In this document: positions 12,501 through 25,565 of the stretch, one piece after another
Layout of the letters: each line of letters starts with the position of its first letter
Position numbering within the stretch: position 1 is the stretch's first letter
DNA from: Chlorokybus atmophyticus
Lineage: Eukaryota > Plantae > Mesostigma and Chlorokybus algae
Length of the DNA stretch: 64,000 nt
Direction of reading: 5' to 3'
Assembly: GCA_009103225.1 (NCBI GenBank)
Contig: RHPI01003330.1
Span: 8,472 to 72,471, forward strand
Notes under the pieces: model-generated
Seen by the model: only the letters and a program-made list of their open reading frames with translations
Told to the model about the DNA's origin: nothing
The model's database searches: none
Translations under genes and position numbers: made by a program

Positions 12501-13659
12501 GCACTGCCTGCCATCAACACTCCAGCATCACGATGAAGTTACATGTTGTCTACAAGCTCCCGCATGTAACTCATTCACGTACAGTTCGTTGTGCTTTGTC
12601 ATCGCTTGCAGCCAGCACAGCTGAGACAGAGGCTTCCGCAGACACATCGATAATCTCAGCCAGCTCCTTCAGCAGCTTGCGCAGTCGCTCAGCATTGTCA
12701 TCTCCAGCGACAGCTGCGAAGTCTTTCAACACCGCTTCCGTGTCAATGGCCTCCAGTGTTGTTGATGACGAATTGGCATCGCTGCTGAGTGCTGCTGGCT
12801 GCTTCGACTGTGAAGATGAATGCTGTCACTGAAGGTGTCTACAAAGGCGCATCTACAGCATTTACGGCATGAATTGCACTTGCACAAACTGTAAGAAAGC
12901 TTCAAGTACACCGTCTTGAACAAGAGCAAATTGTGTAACACTCAATGCCGTCAACCTACACGCATGCTAGTTGTGACTGAAGTATAACTAGCGTATGCAT
13001 GTGAAAGTTACCTTTCCGGGAGCATCTATGCTAGTCAAGTGAACCACGTTGCCATCTCTGTCCACTTCATTCACGACGAAATCCGCGTACCTGTCGTTTC
13101 CACGCACTTGAGACAGCTGGCATGCAGGTCGAGTTAACGCACATAGTCTCAATGCAGAGCGTCTCAACGGCAGACCAGCCATCGCTAACGCACACGCTTG
13201 CAAGAACTGCTACCAGTCAACAGCAACAATGCCAGCAATGTCAGCTTCACAACTGGTACGTTCCCGTAACGCAGGCAGCTTTGGGTTACATAGCTCTCGT
13301 GCTAATTTACTCGGCAGACACTCTCATCCAAGAAGGCTGAACCAACTTGGCATGCTAGTCAACAAGTACATTGCAAGTTGTAATCTAGCTTCAAAACTGA
13401 TACGATTTCGTAAAGAAGCACTTTTGAGTTGAGTGCATTAATCTTATGCTGAGCAACTCAGCAGACATTCAAAGAAAGCTCCTAAACCAGCCTCGCATGC
13501 CCGTCATTCAGTGCATTGCACTGCTAAACTACCGCTTGCAGCGCATGGCAACAAGATCTTGCCTGCGCATGCACGAACTCACCTTTGCTTCAACACGGCG
13601 CGAAACCCGGGCAAGCTGTTGGCGTAGCACGTTATACCGACCGCCGCCTCCTCCGCCAT
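9525..13659 (-). CDS. PUS7: tRNA pseudouridine synthase TruD/PUS7 family, spliced
   Basis: MAEEAAVGITCYANSLPGFRAVLKQR|YADFVVNEV; catalytic AGTKDKRA; LGDLWGNRFTITLR; GFINYFGLQ|RFG; GLPRTLRM; LPMPG; LPASSYATMLVRELLK; last exon VAFHRLLND...GAGG*. Confidence 0.95.
11246..11399. repeat. ~75-bp-period tandem duplication inside a PUS7 intron, including the 5' splice site
   Basis: TCAACAACAACTGYATGCAAA...AGACAACTGTCATCAGTAATGAAGAGGG occurs at 11246-11300 and 11321-11376. On the minus strand the copies begin GAG|GTAGGT and GAG|GCAGGT. Confidence 0.85.
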
Positions 13660-14299
13660 AAGTAAACACAGCCTCAACAGATCATACACAACCCTTCTAT
13701 CCTCCACCTCCACCTCCACCTCCACCTCCACTGCCCCACCTGCAGCTAGTCTGCTGTTTCTGCCGCCGCCTCTCTGTTCGTCAGCTTGGATATGTGCATT
13801 TACTTATAGAGAGGGAAAGCGATCCAAACCCAAAAGACCCGAACACGAACCGCCTCGACCGATCCAGCTATTGTGTCAACGTTTCGGATATTTGGAAATT
13901 TTTTCTGCTGCGTTGCAGTTGGGAGCAGGGGCATGCTGGGCCGTGTGCGTGTGGACGTGGCGGGGGACGTGGAGGAGGTGGAGGCGGCGGTACGCCAGCT
14001 GTGCTCGAAGCTGCGAATGACTGGAGTTGTAGTACAGCGTTCTGTTGAGCCTGCGCGGTTCTGAGAGGACAATCACAAAGCCACGCATTCCGTGCAGGCT
14101 GCTGCTGACAGCGCCGCCTGCTGCGCTCTGGTCTGACCAGTGAACTGCTAGCAGCCAGCAGTGGCAGCTGCAGGATTACACTCACCAATGTGCATAATTT
14201 GCAAGCACGTGCACCGACCTGATAGCCCCTTTGGAGCTGGTTGCACGTGCTGTCCCTGCTGCCTGAGCTGTACCGTGCGGCTACCCCCCTGTTAGGTAA

Positions 14300-14353
14300 G
14301 ATACAGCACACTGTCACATCACTGAAGTCAGTGATGTGACAGTGTGCTGTATC
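14300..14353. repeat. Perfect 26-bp inverted repeat with a 2-nt spacer (54-bp hairpin/cruciform)
   Basis: GATACAGCACACTGTCACATCACTGA-AG-TCAGTGATGTGACAGTGTGCTGTATC; the arms are exact reverse complements. Confidence 0.97.
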
Positions 14354-14744
14354 AAGCATGTGCGGTTGTTGTGTTGCATGCGATGCCACTGAATTGGTCA
14401 GTGCAGAGTAGCATATGCTTTAGCTTGAAAGCATGTTGCAGACTGTTGGTGGTATCGGTGTTTGGACCGACTGAAAGCCTGCAGTGTGACTGAGACCAGG
14501 TTACTAAGTCCGCTTACTGACGAGCGAGCTGTCGTTTGCTCAGTGGAAGCGACGAAGCAATTTGCAAGCAGCGGGTCAAATCAAGGACAACCTCCTTCAT
14601 GTCGGCCCGCAGGATCTCCCCCACTGCGCTCCGTGTGGACGACCTGGTCATTGACTGTCACATGCAAGTGTTTACCTGCTAGCTTTGTCTATAACGCGTT
14701 GCATGCCTGTGCACCTGTCAAAACAATAGGCAATTGATAGAGAC

Positions 14745-17078
14745 ATGTCTGTGATCAGACGCAGTGCTTCATTGCCAAGGACGAGGCCGTCTACACCTGC
14801 AAGTGTGCAGCGCAGGACATCGGCCTGGCGAAGGATGCGGTTTCATGCCTTCATTGCCGTTTTAGTGCTAGGGTTGGGCGCCTGGGAGTGCTGGGACATT
14901 ATCACTACGGGACGCCTTGGCTGGCAAACCAGGGGCGCCAAGCAGAGGAAACTGCTGGTACAGTTGGCGTGTGCATGTGAGCATGATTTCAATTGGCGTG
15001 TGCATGTGCGTGCGCACGTATAGTCCACATATGTTGCGAGTCAAGCTCGCAGTCAGTCCACTGTTGTGGTGATCGTGAGCGCAAGTGCACTCGTGTGAGT
15101 GCATGTTTATGGTGCTCGTTAGGGACAGTGCATGTGTGTTCCAGGCATGCAGTAAAATGTTGCCTTCTTAGTATGTGCTGATGCTCTTAGGGCGATGAGC
15201 ACGTAAGGGAGGGGTTTCATTCCTCCAGCTACATCGTGCGTCCTTCCCTCATCAACAGCTCTCTGCCGTGGGACTGGGATGCCGTCTTGCGGAGGGCACA
15301 GGCCGACCTCAACAAGATGCCCCGAAAGCTGCAAGAAGAAACATTCAAGTAAAGACAGCACCTGTTGCACGCTTGCACTAGCAACTGCAACTACAAGCTC
15401 AGCTAATTGAGTCTATGTGATCTCTCTTCAGCACGCGATATGAGTCCCGGCAGGTTCAGGCGCTGGAGCATCTTCTGCTTTTGGCAGCTGAGGACACTTT
15501 CTATGGGTGCTCGCGGTACTTTGGGTTGTCAACGCGGGGCTCACCTCTGCCAGAATTGCCATCTGAGTCCATTTGCAAGCGCCGATGGAGGGTCCTTTTC
15601 ATAACAAGCAGCAGGTTTCCGGTACAACAAGACGGTTAGCAGCTGTGCACATTGCTGTACAGTGTTCGCAGCCACAAGTACGGTTAAGTGCAACAAGTGA
15701 TTACTCAATGCACCATTCCTTTCGTAACAGGAAGCGGCGTTTTTGCGCGGCAGTCTTATGGCGCAGGCGCTGGTGGACCTTGGGCAGAGCACGGCAATCG
15801 TGGATGAAGAGAAGTTTGATGGCAGCGGCATTGCACAGGATGTTTGCGTGTGCATTGGCGAGTGCCAGGAGAGAAGCATACAGCTTTGTCAAAAGTGAGC
15901 GCTTGCTACATATACACGTGTACGCCCACGCCCACGCACGCGCACGCATGCGCGCATTCGCATACACGCGCATGCAGTAGTCACAGGCATAAGGCGCAAA
16001 CCACCCAACATTCAACATTCAACACATGGCCAAGCCATCTTTGTCTCAAGCAACATGTCATGCGCAGAGCTGGTGCGAAGGTTGTGTGGGATACCGCTGG
16101 CCACCACATGCGCTTGCAAGAGCTTTGGCGGTTGTCTAGCAAGGTTGACATGTTCATTACGAACAGTCGGCTGCATGCTGCAGCTTTGGCATCGTATTCC
16201 AAGTGAGTTTGTTTGCTCGTTGGTGCTTTGTTGAGTGCAAGTGAAGGTGACACGCTGATTGTGACAGGGCAGTCCCAATATACGATCAACATAGCAATGA
16301 CGGCGGTGTCAGACGGACAGCTTGGGATCGTCCGGTCACCCACGTGGCACTTCTCGTGCCTGCTGGCGGCCTGCGCGGCACTGCTGTGAAGCTGGTCAGT
16401 CCAGTTCCATTGCATGCAACTGTTGGGTGCACTGTTTCGTTAAGCTTTGAAGCCAGTTTCGCGGATGTCCTGCATTTGCATGTTGTGGAGCCATTTTGAG
16501 CCAAGTGTGCCAGCCCCTTTGCTAACATAATGTGCGCAGTTGACTGAGCTTTGGGATCTGGCCAAGCAACGCGGTTGGACGGTTGTTGAGGGCGTTGGGC
16601 CCAACGGGATGGTGGGTCCTGACCTCCACAAGCATGTGAGTCCATCTGCTAAGTATACCTGTATAACTCTGAACTGAACAAAAAATATTCCACTGGAACA
16701 ACAAGCGTGTGCATGCAGCACAAGTACATGGACCACATAGATGCGGCGGTGGTGTGGCCCCTGGACCAGGACTACCAGACGGTGTGCGGCGGTGCGTCCG
16801 CGAGCGAGCTGTTGACGTGGTGGTCGCACGGCATCCCGACGGTGTTCTACCCAACGCAGCCCGCGGTGGAGCTCGCCCTCGCCGCGGGCTACCCGATGGT
16901 GGCCAGCCTTGAGGAGGAGGTCGTGCCCATGCTTGAGCAGCTCGTCGCGAGCCCGCAGCTGCGCAAGGAGCTGGCCTTGGCGGGATTGAAGGCTGCCAAG
17001 GAGCTACGCACTGCAAGTGTTGCAAAGCAAGTCGTGGCCGCGTTGTGCAGGGATGAAGCTGAAAGCGGTGATTACTGA
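14745..17078 (+). CDS. Putative type II membrane GT-B-fold glycosyltransferase, spliced
   Basis: Basic N-terminus, one TM helix (FHAFIAVLVLGLGAW) and a stem. The N-domain AGAKVVWD...KVDMFITNS and C-domain SELLTWWSHGIPTVFYP...LEQLVASPQLRKELALAGLKAAKEL resemble GT4-like C-terminal motifs. Exons join in frame; some internal boundaries are uncertain. Confidence 0.6.
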
Positions 17079-17663
17079 AGGACCAGTTGTGAAATCAGCA
17101 TGCTCTCCTTTGGGCATGCACATTGAATTGCTGCAGTTGCTTCCTCCGCCTCAAATGCTGTGCCTGTTGAGTGATAGAGGTGTACATAACCATTGTTGTA
17201 ATTGCAACTGCTGCTGGCAAGGTGCATACCGCTACACTATGGTGCTAATGTTTGTAATAGTAAAACGCCAATCTCACATGCTCATTTGCGATTGAACAAG
17301 CATTGACGAAATGGATAACACAGTAATGGTTGAACTTCTGACAAGACCACTCCGCAACATCATGACATGCACATAAGCGCTGCGTGGTACCTTCACTTCA
17401 TAAATACTTTGCTATCAAGGTTCTCCCACACATGCGTGGTGTACCGCATAAACACTGTGCGGCATAGACCATGGAACCCACAGCCTAAGCAAAATGTGTA
17501 CCAAAAAGCAGCGGCTAGCTTTAACTGACAGGTGCTCGTCCATGCAGATCCAATGAAGCAACTCTGACGCACTATCATGCAATGTTCTGTACTGCAACCG
17601 CCGAAGCGCTGGTATAAGAATCCAATAGTAGCTACAACAGACACTAAGCTTACAATTAATGCA

Positions 17664-20067
17664 CTACATCCCGAGCTTCTCCTGCCAGATACCCATCTGC
17701 TCCTGCACGCGCTCGTATCCGGTAGACCCGTAGCTGGTGAACTGCGCAATGGAATTCTTGACACCGAGCGAGTCGTACACGTCCTCTTCAAAGATGGGGT
17801 GCACTTGCTGCAGCTCCTCGAGGGGGATCTCACTCAGCTCCTTGCGTTGTGCGACGGCGATCGCGACGCACTTGCCGACCACCTCGTGCGAGGTCCTGAA
17901 CGCCATGCCTTTTCTAACCAGGTAGTCGGCAAGCGTTGTGGCGTCCAAGTGGCCCGCGCCGAGGGAGCGCGCAAGCCGGTCCGTGCCCAGCCGACACCGG
18001 CGCGCAAACTCTGCGCACACTTGCAGCGTCATCTGAATGGTCTCAACGCTGTCGAACAAGGGCTCCTTGTCCTCCTGTAGATCAGACAAAACAAAGATGA
18101 GTGCTTTGCACAGCAAACAACGCTGCATAACATTACATATGTCTGCTGCAATGCCATTGATGCCTGTGCACTTGCGCATACATGTTGTGTGCATGCGCTT
18201 GTGCGTGTGTGACTGCATGTGAGCGAGAGTAGGAAGGGTTTCCATACCTGCAAGTCGCGATTGTAGGCTTGTGGCAAGCCTTTGACTAGCGTCATCACAG
18301 TGACCAGATCGCCAATTAGACGAGCGGACTTCCCACGCACCAGCTCCATCGGGTCAGGGTTCTTCTTCTGCGGCATGATGCTGCTGCCTGTGGACACTGA
18401 GTCGTTTGGAATGAGGTAACCAAACTCTTCGCTGGCCCAGAGCACCCACTCCTCTCCAAGGCGGGACAGGTGGATGCCAGTGATAGCATTTGCCGACAAG
18501 TACTCAATTAAGAAATCCCTGTCTGAAACAGCATCCACGCTGCAAACAGCACCAATATTCCATCATAAGCAACACGTCCCGCATTGAGGTAAGCCAAAGC
18601 TCATGACATAATGGGTTGATGCAAGGGTGTTGTCACTTGCCTGTTAGCTAAGGGAGCGGTGAAGCCAAGCGCCTCTGCCGTTGCATACCGATCGATGGGC
18701 AAACCAGTCCCGGCCAGTGCACACGCTCCTAGCGGGCAGTAGTTCACGCGCTCCCGGCAGTCCAGTAGCCGACCCTTATCACGGTCAAGCTGCATAGATG
18801 ACATGTTGGTCTTGAGCTTAAGCATGACGATGCATACACTAAGCATGTCCACGAGCGAGCGAATGAAACCTGTTCGACGTATGCAAGGAGACAGTGCTGG
18901 AAGAGAAGGGGTTGAGCGCGTTGTAGATGCGTGTAGCCCGGCACGACAACTCGAGGATACTTCAAGGCAAACTCCACAAGAGCCCGTTGAAGGTCTTCAA
19001 TCAGTGGGATGGTGGTATCTATGGCATTGCGAACATATAGTCGTACATCTGTAACCACCTGTGCAAACAACAAACAAATGGTTACGGTCTTCATCGCAGG
19101 TGATTGCACTCTCCATCACATGCAACGGTTTAACTACCCCTGATGCAGCTGCCTCGCTACCTGATCATTGCGGGACCGCGCAGTATGCAGCTTCTTCGCT
19201 GGCTCACCGACCAATTCAGTGAGTGTGGCTTCGATGTTCATATGAACGTCTTCACGATCCGAGAGCCAGTTGAACCGCCCAGCCTCTATCTCTTGCTCTA
19301 AGTGAGTGAGCCCCTGTGTCAAGCAACTGACGCCCTCATTTGCATTGCACTGCATTACTGCCACTAATGCATGCTAGTACAAGCCGTCAATGATGCACCA
19401 TACAACGACAACACTCGCATGCTTCCATATCAAAGCTGCTCCATTACCACTCAACGGCCTTCAGCATGGCATGACAAACAGACAGCACGGTGATCAACGA
19501 ATGGTCGAACCAATTTGAATTGCATGCATGCATGGTAAGAATGCTTACTGCATGCACATATTGCCAAGCGCATGCATGCAAGCCACGCGCGCCGGGGGGA
19601 GGGGGGGGGGGGCATAAGCATGCATGGCACGAATGACAAATTGCTAGTTGCTGGAGGCGCATGACTGCAAGTAAGGCGACACAACTCACGTTGACAATGG
19701 CTTCACGGTCAGAATCTGTGAGCAAACCCTGTTTGGCCAGCATGCTGGCATGTGCGCGGGACAGCTGGATGTCGAACTTGTACAGCTTCTTGTCGAACGA
19801 AACGCTCTGCGAATACTTCTCCACGGCCGGACAGACGGCCTCCTCAAACCTACCTCCCCACAGCTTCATTTCCCCTGTTGCTGCACCCTCCTCCTTCTCC
19901 GAAGCCAGCGTCGCCCTGGCCGGCGGTGGAGCAGCGGCCATGCTCGCCTTCTTCTGCTGCAGCTTCTTCCTCAAATCAGGCTTACCGCCGCTCGACAGCT
20001 TGGCGGAGGAGAAGCAAACAGAAGATGTCGACCCCAGAAACGACGAAGCCGCCCTCAGCGCCTCCAT
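17664..20067 (-). CDS. argH: Argininosuccinate lyase, plastid-targeted, spliced
   Basis: Ser-rich transit peptide; KLWGGRFEE; [10 protein letters not shown]; [10 protein letters not shown]; [11 protein letters not shown]; signature [14 protein letters not shown]; YNRDLQ|EDKEPLFD. One GC-AG intron at 18540-18640. Confidence 0.97.
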
Positions 20068-20391
20068 CGCTACCGCCGCCACCGCCACCACCAATGCCGG
20101 CTACACCGACGCTTGCAGCGACAACTTAACTCATATGAGTTCGTTGTTGCAACAACGGTGTCCGCAACGCCAGCGTTTGCCGCAAAGCGGCGCCGCAATG
20201 CGTGCGCCGTTGTTGCACAACAACGCTTGGGCCCGCCAAAGGTCATTGCCGGTTCGGAGGTCTCAAATTCATGGAACCGGTTGCCATTGAGGTGGCTCAA
20301 TTCGGGTTGGAACTAGGGCTGAATTGGCCAATTGGCGCGTTACTGGCCGAACGAACGCGGCGGCGGCGGCGGCGGCGGTGAGGGTGGCGAG
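20068..20391. promoter_or_regulatory. Short bidirectional promoter/5'UTR region between argH and SUV3, with clustered palindromes
   Basis: 324 bp between divergent ATGs. Palindromes: AACTCATATGAGTT (20128-41), CGTTGTTGCAACAACG (20142-57), CGTTGTTG-CA-CAACAACG (20208-25), and AATTGGCCAATT near 20322. Confidence 0.6.
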
Positions 20392-23300
20392 ATGCACCGG
20401 CAGGCGCTCAGGCGGTTGGTTGGGAAGGGGGCAGTGCGGAGGCTTGTGGCTTCATCTGGTACGCAAGCATTTATATGGGAGGCAGCGCCGCAATTGTATG
20501 CTGCTGGCTCCGCTGGTCAGCTCGGCTCCCCGGCCACCAGCTCGGTGTCCGCCGCCTTGAAGCAGCAGAGCAGGGGCTTTGCTGTGGTTGCAGCTGAGGA
20601 CAGCTCTGCCGACCGTATTGCGCAAAGCCGCAATGCTAGCAGCAGCGGGCGCAAGGCTTCTTCCTCCTCCTCGTCCTCCTCCTCCTCCTCAACTACTACG
20701 CAGGAGCTGTATGCCAGAATTCAGAGCGATGCTGCGGCCTGGTTTGAGACGAGTCTGATACGCAGCACCCGAATCAAAGCGCTTCCGCCTGTTCAATTGA
20801 GCGCTGAACGCAGGATGCGCATGCTGGACTCCTTTCGCCGATTTCAGCTCAGCGGGTATGTGCCGATCAGTGCCATATTACTGTTTACGGCTTATTTGCG
20901 CATGCAATCAGCTACTTATCATGTTGGGTCAGCGTGCTGCTAAACCGTAGACTTGTGGTACATTTTTTACTAATCTACGTTAGTCTTGTGGCTATGCTCT
21001 GCCTGTTGTGCGTGCGTCTGTGAGCAAAGTCCAATCAGTCCAAGCAAGTGTCTTGCAGGTGGGCCTCTGATCAGTCGCGCAAGCTGTACATCACAGCCAA
21101 TCTGTTTCCGACAGCTGCCAGCAAGTTTCGGAAATTCATTATCAAGTACGCTGATCGGGAGCTGCTGGAGGCCTTGACGGATTTCGGTCCATCTGATGAA
21201 GCTGACCGGCTTCTGTTTGCTCTTTTTGAGCATTACTGCCAACACTTTTTGGCCAAGCAGATAAATGAGTACAAGAGCATGGTGCAAAGTGCAGACTTGA
21301 AGAACCCGCATGAGTGGTGAGTTTGGTTATTGAGTCAACTAAACTTGCAAATTGTTGTGTACCGTGCAAGCTGCGGAGGGACCCAACTGTCACTGCTGCA
21401 CAGGTATCCACTCGCACGCGCAGTAAAGCGAGGAGTTATCTATCACGCAGGACCCACCAACAGCGGCAAAACGTACGAAGCATTGCAAGCATGGATGTCA
21501 GCCAAGTCAGGGCTGTACTGTGGTCCGCTAAGGCTGCTAGCTATGGAGGTCAGGGTCTTCTGATTAATTTAAAAGCATGTGCTATATCTCACATGCTATA
21601 GTCTCTCTTGAGTTCGTGTTGCAGTGTGCCTTTACACGTAGGCACACTGCATTCATCACTGGTTTGGCTAGCATGAGCATCCCAGTGAGGACGCACATGC
21701 AAGGAGTGTGGGCATCGGTTATTTTGTTGGGTTGCGCCTCTTGGTAAGTGGCCTCCATATTGATTGTTGGAATTCTGTTTTCCGCAGGTTTGGGACAAGG
21801 GGAATGCGCAGGGCACGTACTGTGATCTCATCACTGGGCAGGAGCGCATCAGCATCCCTTTTGCACATCATGCTGCCTGCACAATTGAAATGGCAAACAT
21901 CAACAAGTTGGTAGATGTGGCTGTCATTGATGAGATTCAGGTAACTGCCGCTGAGTATCTTATGGTTGCCCATGCGTGGTTTGCGGTTGAATTGACAGTG
22001 ACCTGTGCCTGCGTAGATGATAAGTGATGACTATCGAGGATGGGCTTGGACACGAGCGCTTTTAGGCCTTCCAGCAGACCAGGTGAGCAGTGTTGCTTTT
22101 AGTTACAGTCAATGCTGCCATAAGTTCTAATGCATGTGATGCCAGTAGTTTAGGTGCGGGCTACGTGTAGGCTGACATTTTGCTTGTGACCACAGATACA
22201 TGTGTGTGGTGACGCAAGCGCTCTCCCAATAGTTGAGCACTTGTGTAAAACTCTTGGAGAGCCACTGGAGGTTCGCCGTTATGAGAGGTTCACCCCGCTT
22301 GTCCAGGCCAGGGCTTCGCTGCGCTCATCATTTGCCAGAGTTGAGCCCGGTGACTGCATTGTGGCCTTCTCCCGCAAAGATATTTTCAAAATCAGGGTAA
22401 GGAAATCACCACAAGTGTTGTCGTCATAGTCCGAGACTAAATCAATGGCTGCTGACCACGTTGCGTCTGCAGCAAGAGATCGAAGCAGCCACAAACTTGA
22501 AGTGCTGTGTGCTGTATGGTGGACTTCCACCAGAGACCAGAAGGCAGCAGGCTAAGCTCTTCAACGATCCGAGTAGTGGCTACAATGTGTTGGTTGCCAG
22601 TGATGCGATTGGCATGGGCCTCAACTTGAATATCAAGCGCGTCATCTTCTACACCGTCAAGAAGTTCAACGGAGTTGACATGGACTACATTCCCATCACC
22701 CAGGTGTGTGCATGTGATTGTTGTAAGCCATGAGATGCGGACATGCGTCCAATCTTTCAAACAACAGGTGAAACAAATTGCGGGGCGTGCTGGGCGACGT
22801 GGCAGTGAGTACGAAGAGGGTTCAGCCACAACATTTCATGCTGAGGACAGGAAGTACCTGGCACAGGTACGGAATGTGTTGCTGTGCTTTGCACGCTATG
22901 TGCAGCAGTGCAGCTTGATACAAGTTACTACCACTTGTATGTGACATGGCATGTACAGGCTCTCAAGTTGCCTTTGGACGAGAACCATGCTGCTGGGCTG
23001 TTCCCCACATACGAACAGATGGAAGTGTTTGCTAGTCAGCTGCCGGGCGAGTCGTTCCCTTCCCTGCTCACCAAGTTTGCTGAAGCCTCTCAGCTGGACG
23101 GTTCTTTTAAGTTGTGCCGGCACGATGCCATGAAGGTAGGTGTGCATGCCACTGCTTGCATAATGTTGACTGGCAATTTGGCCTTCCAGAAGTGCTGTTT
23201 GCTTGTGACCCCCATCCTCATCCACCCTTGTTTTGCTTTCAGCAAGTTGCAGCACAACTTGAGCAAGTCACGGAGCTTTCCCTGCGCGACAGATTCCTGT

Positions 23301-23954
23301 TCGCGACAGCGCCAGTCAATACGCGCGAAACCATTACAATGCTGGCACTGATCAATTTCGCTCGCATGTATGCCACGGGCAGTCCGGTACGACTTGCATC
23401 AGGGATACCCTTCCAAATCAATGACGACCCACTGCAAGCACTGGAGATATCCCATCAGGTACGTAGTCTTAGCTTAGGCTACTGTGCTGGTTTATGTGCT
23501 TTGATGCAACACAACACCAGCAGCAAGCAAGTCACAAGCTCATGCTTCTGGCCATTCTCATGGTATGGCTGTTAATCGGTTGGCGTTGGTGTTGTTTTGT
23601 GTGCAGTTGTACTCGCTGTACCTGTGGCTGAGCTACCGTTACGATTTGACCAAGTTCCCTGACCGGCAAATAGCCTTTGACCAAGCCACCAAGGTGATTG
23701 CTGCACTGGCCCAGTCGCTGCAAACAGAGAACCTGCCTACTGCGCCCGACACGCCTGTGGGAAGCAGCAAGCAGCAGAAAAAGCAGAAGCCCAGCAGCAA
23801 GGGGGAAGAGCCCACACCTGCTGATGAGCGAGAGTCTCTGGAACCTACGCAAATCATGGCCAGGAGTACGCGACCCAGACACAACCAACGGAACCAGCCT
23901 CAATCGCAGATGGGTGACAACGAGTGGGCCGACCTCTGGGCAGCAGCTGTTTAA
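20392..23954 (+). CDS. SUV3: SUV3 ATP-dependent RNA helicase, organellar (probably mitochondrial), spliced
   Basis: Arg/Ala/Ser-rich presequence; WYPLAR; [10 protein letters not shown]; [11 protein letters not shown]; VIDEIQ; [10 protein letters not shown]; YGGLPPETR; [19 protein letters not shown]; [10 protein letters not shown]. Confidence 0.96.
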
Positions 23955-25565
23955 TGCTAATTGACTTTTCAGATATTGGATCAGTGGACGCTACTGCATA
24001 GGCTGGCAGTACTTCTCAACAAATTGGGTAGGGTGAGCTAGTGGACTAGAGTATTGCTTTGTTGTTGAACTACAACATGCTTGCTGCCCCTTGTTCAGGT
24101 GGGGCTGGCCCATCAACTGTTCTGCTCCACATCATGCTTGCGTAGCCCTTTTGCATGCATTTGTATACCTCCGGCTTACCATCTTCTGCATTGCACTTAG
24201 CGCTGCAGTTGCATAGTTGTGTTAATTGCCCTTCTCTTGCTGTACCCGAAGCCGCTTTATGCTTGCCTGTTGTGCTTGTGAGTGACATTGCTTACGCCAT
24301 ATGCATTGTCCGTGCTAAGGGTCATGTGGACATTGTCGCGGGCCTTACCTCTCCCTTGCGATCCTCTGCAGGTAGCTCCAGCCCCGTCCTGCCCCTGCCA
24401 CTGCCCTGCCTGTCATCGTCTTGCATTCACATAGGAACCAGCCCCTTAGTTGTATACATGGATTGCTTGTGGTGATGCTTGTGTTCCGAATGCAAGTGAT
24501 CATGATACACGCAACATGCATGACACATGCATTGTTCACCAAGCTCATTATCATGCAATGATTATTTACCACCAAGGTCTACCTACACTAGCCACACGTA
24601 ACTATTGTAACTACTGTTCAAATGTGGTAATGCGTATGTTTAATTGCATGCGCTTGCCTGTGCTTGGGGCCCCTGGTGTCATTACATTACCCTAATGTTA
24701 CATAAAATGCTGCATCATGCGACATGCATGTTATAGCACATGCAGAATACTAGCATATACCTTGTACATGATATCACTGATCCATATGTAAAGCTGTAAA
24801 CTTATGATATTGCACTTGAGTCAAGCACGTGGATTGGTTGTTTTCGTGCAAAATAAGACGACAAATTCAACTTGTGAGCTGGATGCTTATTGATAGCTAT
24901 AAGTAGAATACATGAAGAGAATCGTGCATGGTGTGATAATTATGATAGCATTATAGCATGTACTCATGTTGTCAGAGTAACTATTAAACATATTGCAAAC
25001 ATAAAAGCTTTCATCCTCAACTTCGTCGCCTATGCCGGTTCACGCATAATGGCAGGGTTTCAATTGATTAATAACACTATTGCCCATTAACATCCATCGA
25101 AAATAAGGCACGATCGATCCGTATTACCATTGATCACCAATAATTGCGGCAACCTGAAGCTGTCATGGATGGGTATAAGAACAATGATATACTGCAATTG
25201 CTTCAGATTCAATTATATATGGTGTAATAAGCTGCGAACAGTTGAACAACGTGCAAGCCGGCTGTCATCAGCTGCGCGCCGCTTGGTTTCATGTCAATTT
25301 GTGCGGGTTAATTGCAGTCTCAACGCCTTGACTCAATGGCATTTGAGCTTGGCTATGTCATGAAACTGCTACCGAGCTGCATTTCCACATGTGGAGATCG
25401 TGCAGGCGTGGCATTGCGAGCGACGGAGGCAGCAAAACGGCGTTAGTATAGGATACATCTACCGGGGGACATCTTCTACCCGCTAGCGATAGAAACGCAT
25501 GACATGGTCAGAAAGAACTTCCAAAACGTGCAGCGCCTGTGCACGCGCCGCATTGTGACAATACT

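Noticed and set aside
13702-13731. (CTCCAC)n and (GGC)n runs upstream of several start codons (also about 56621-56660, 4005-4035, 20358-20378)
   Set aside because: Such simple repeats are common in GC-rich 5'UTRs, and nothing here indicates a specific system.
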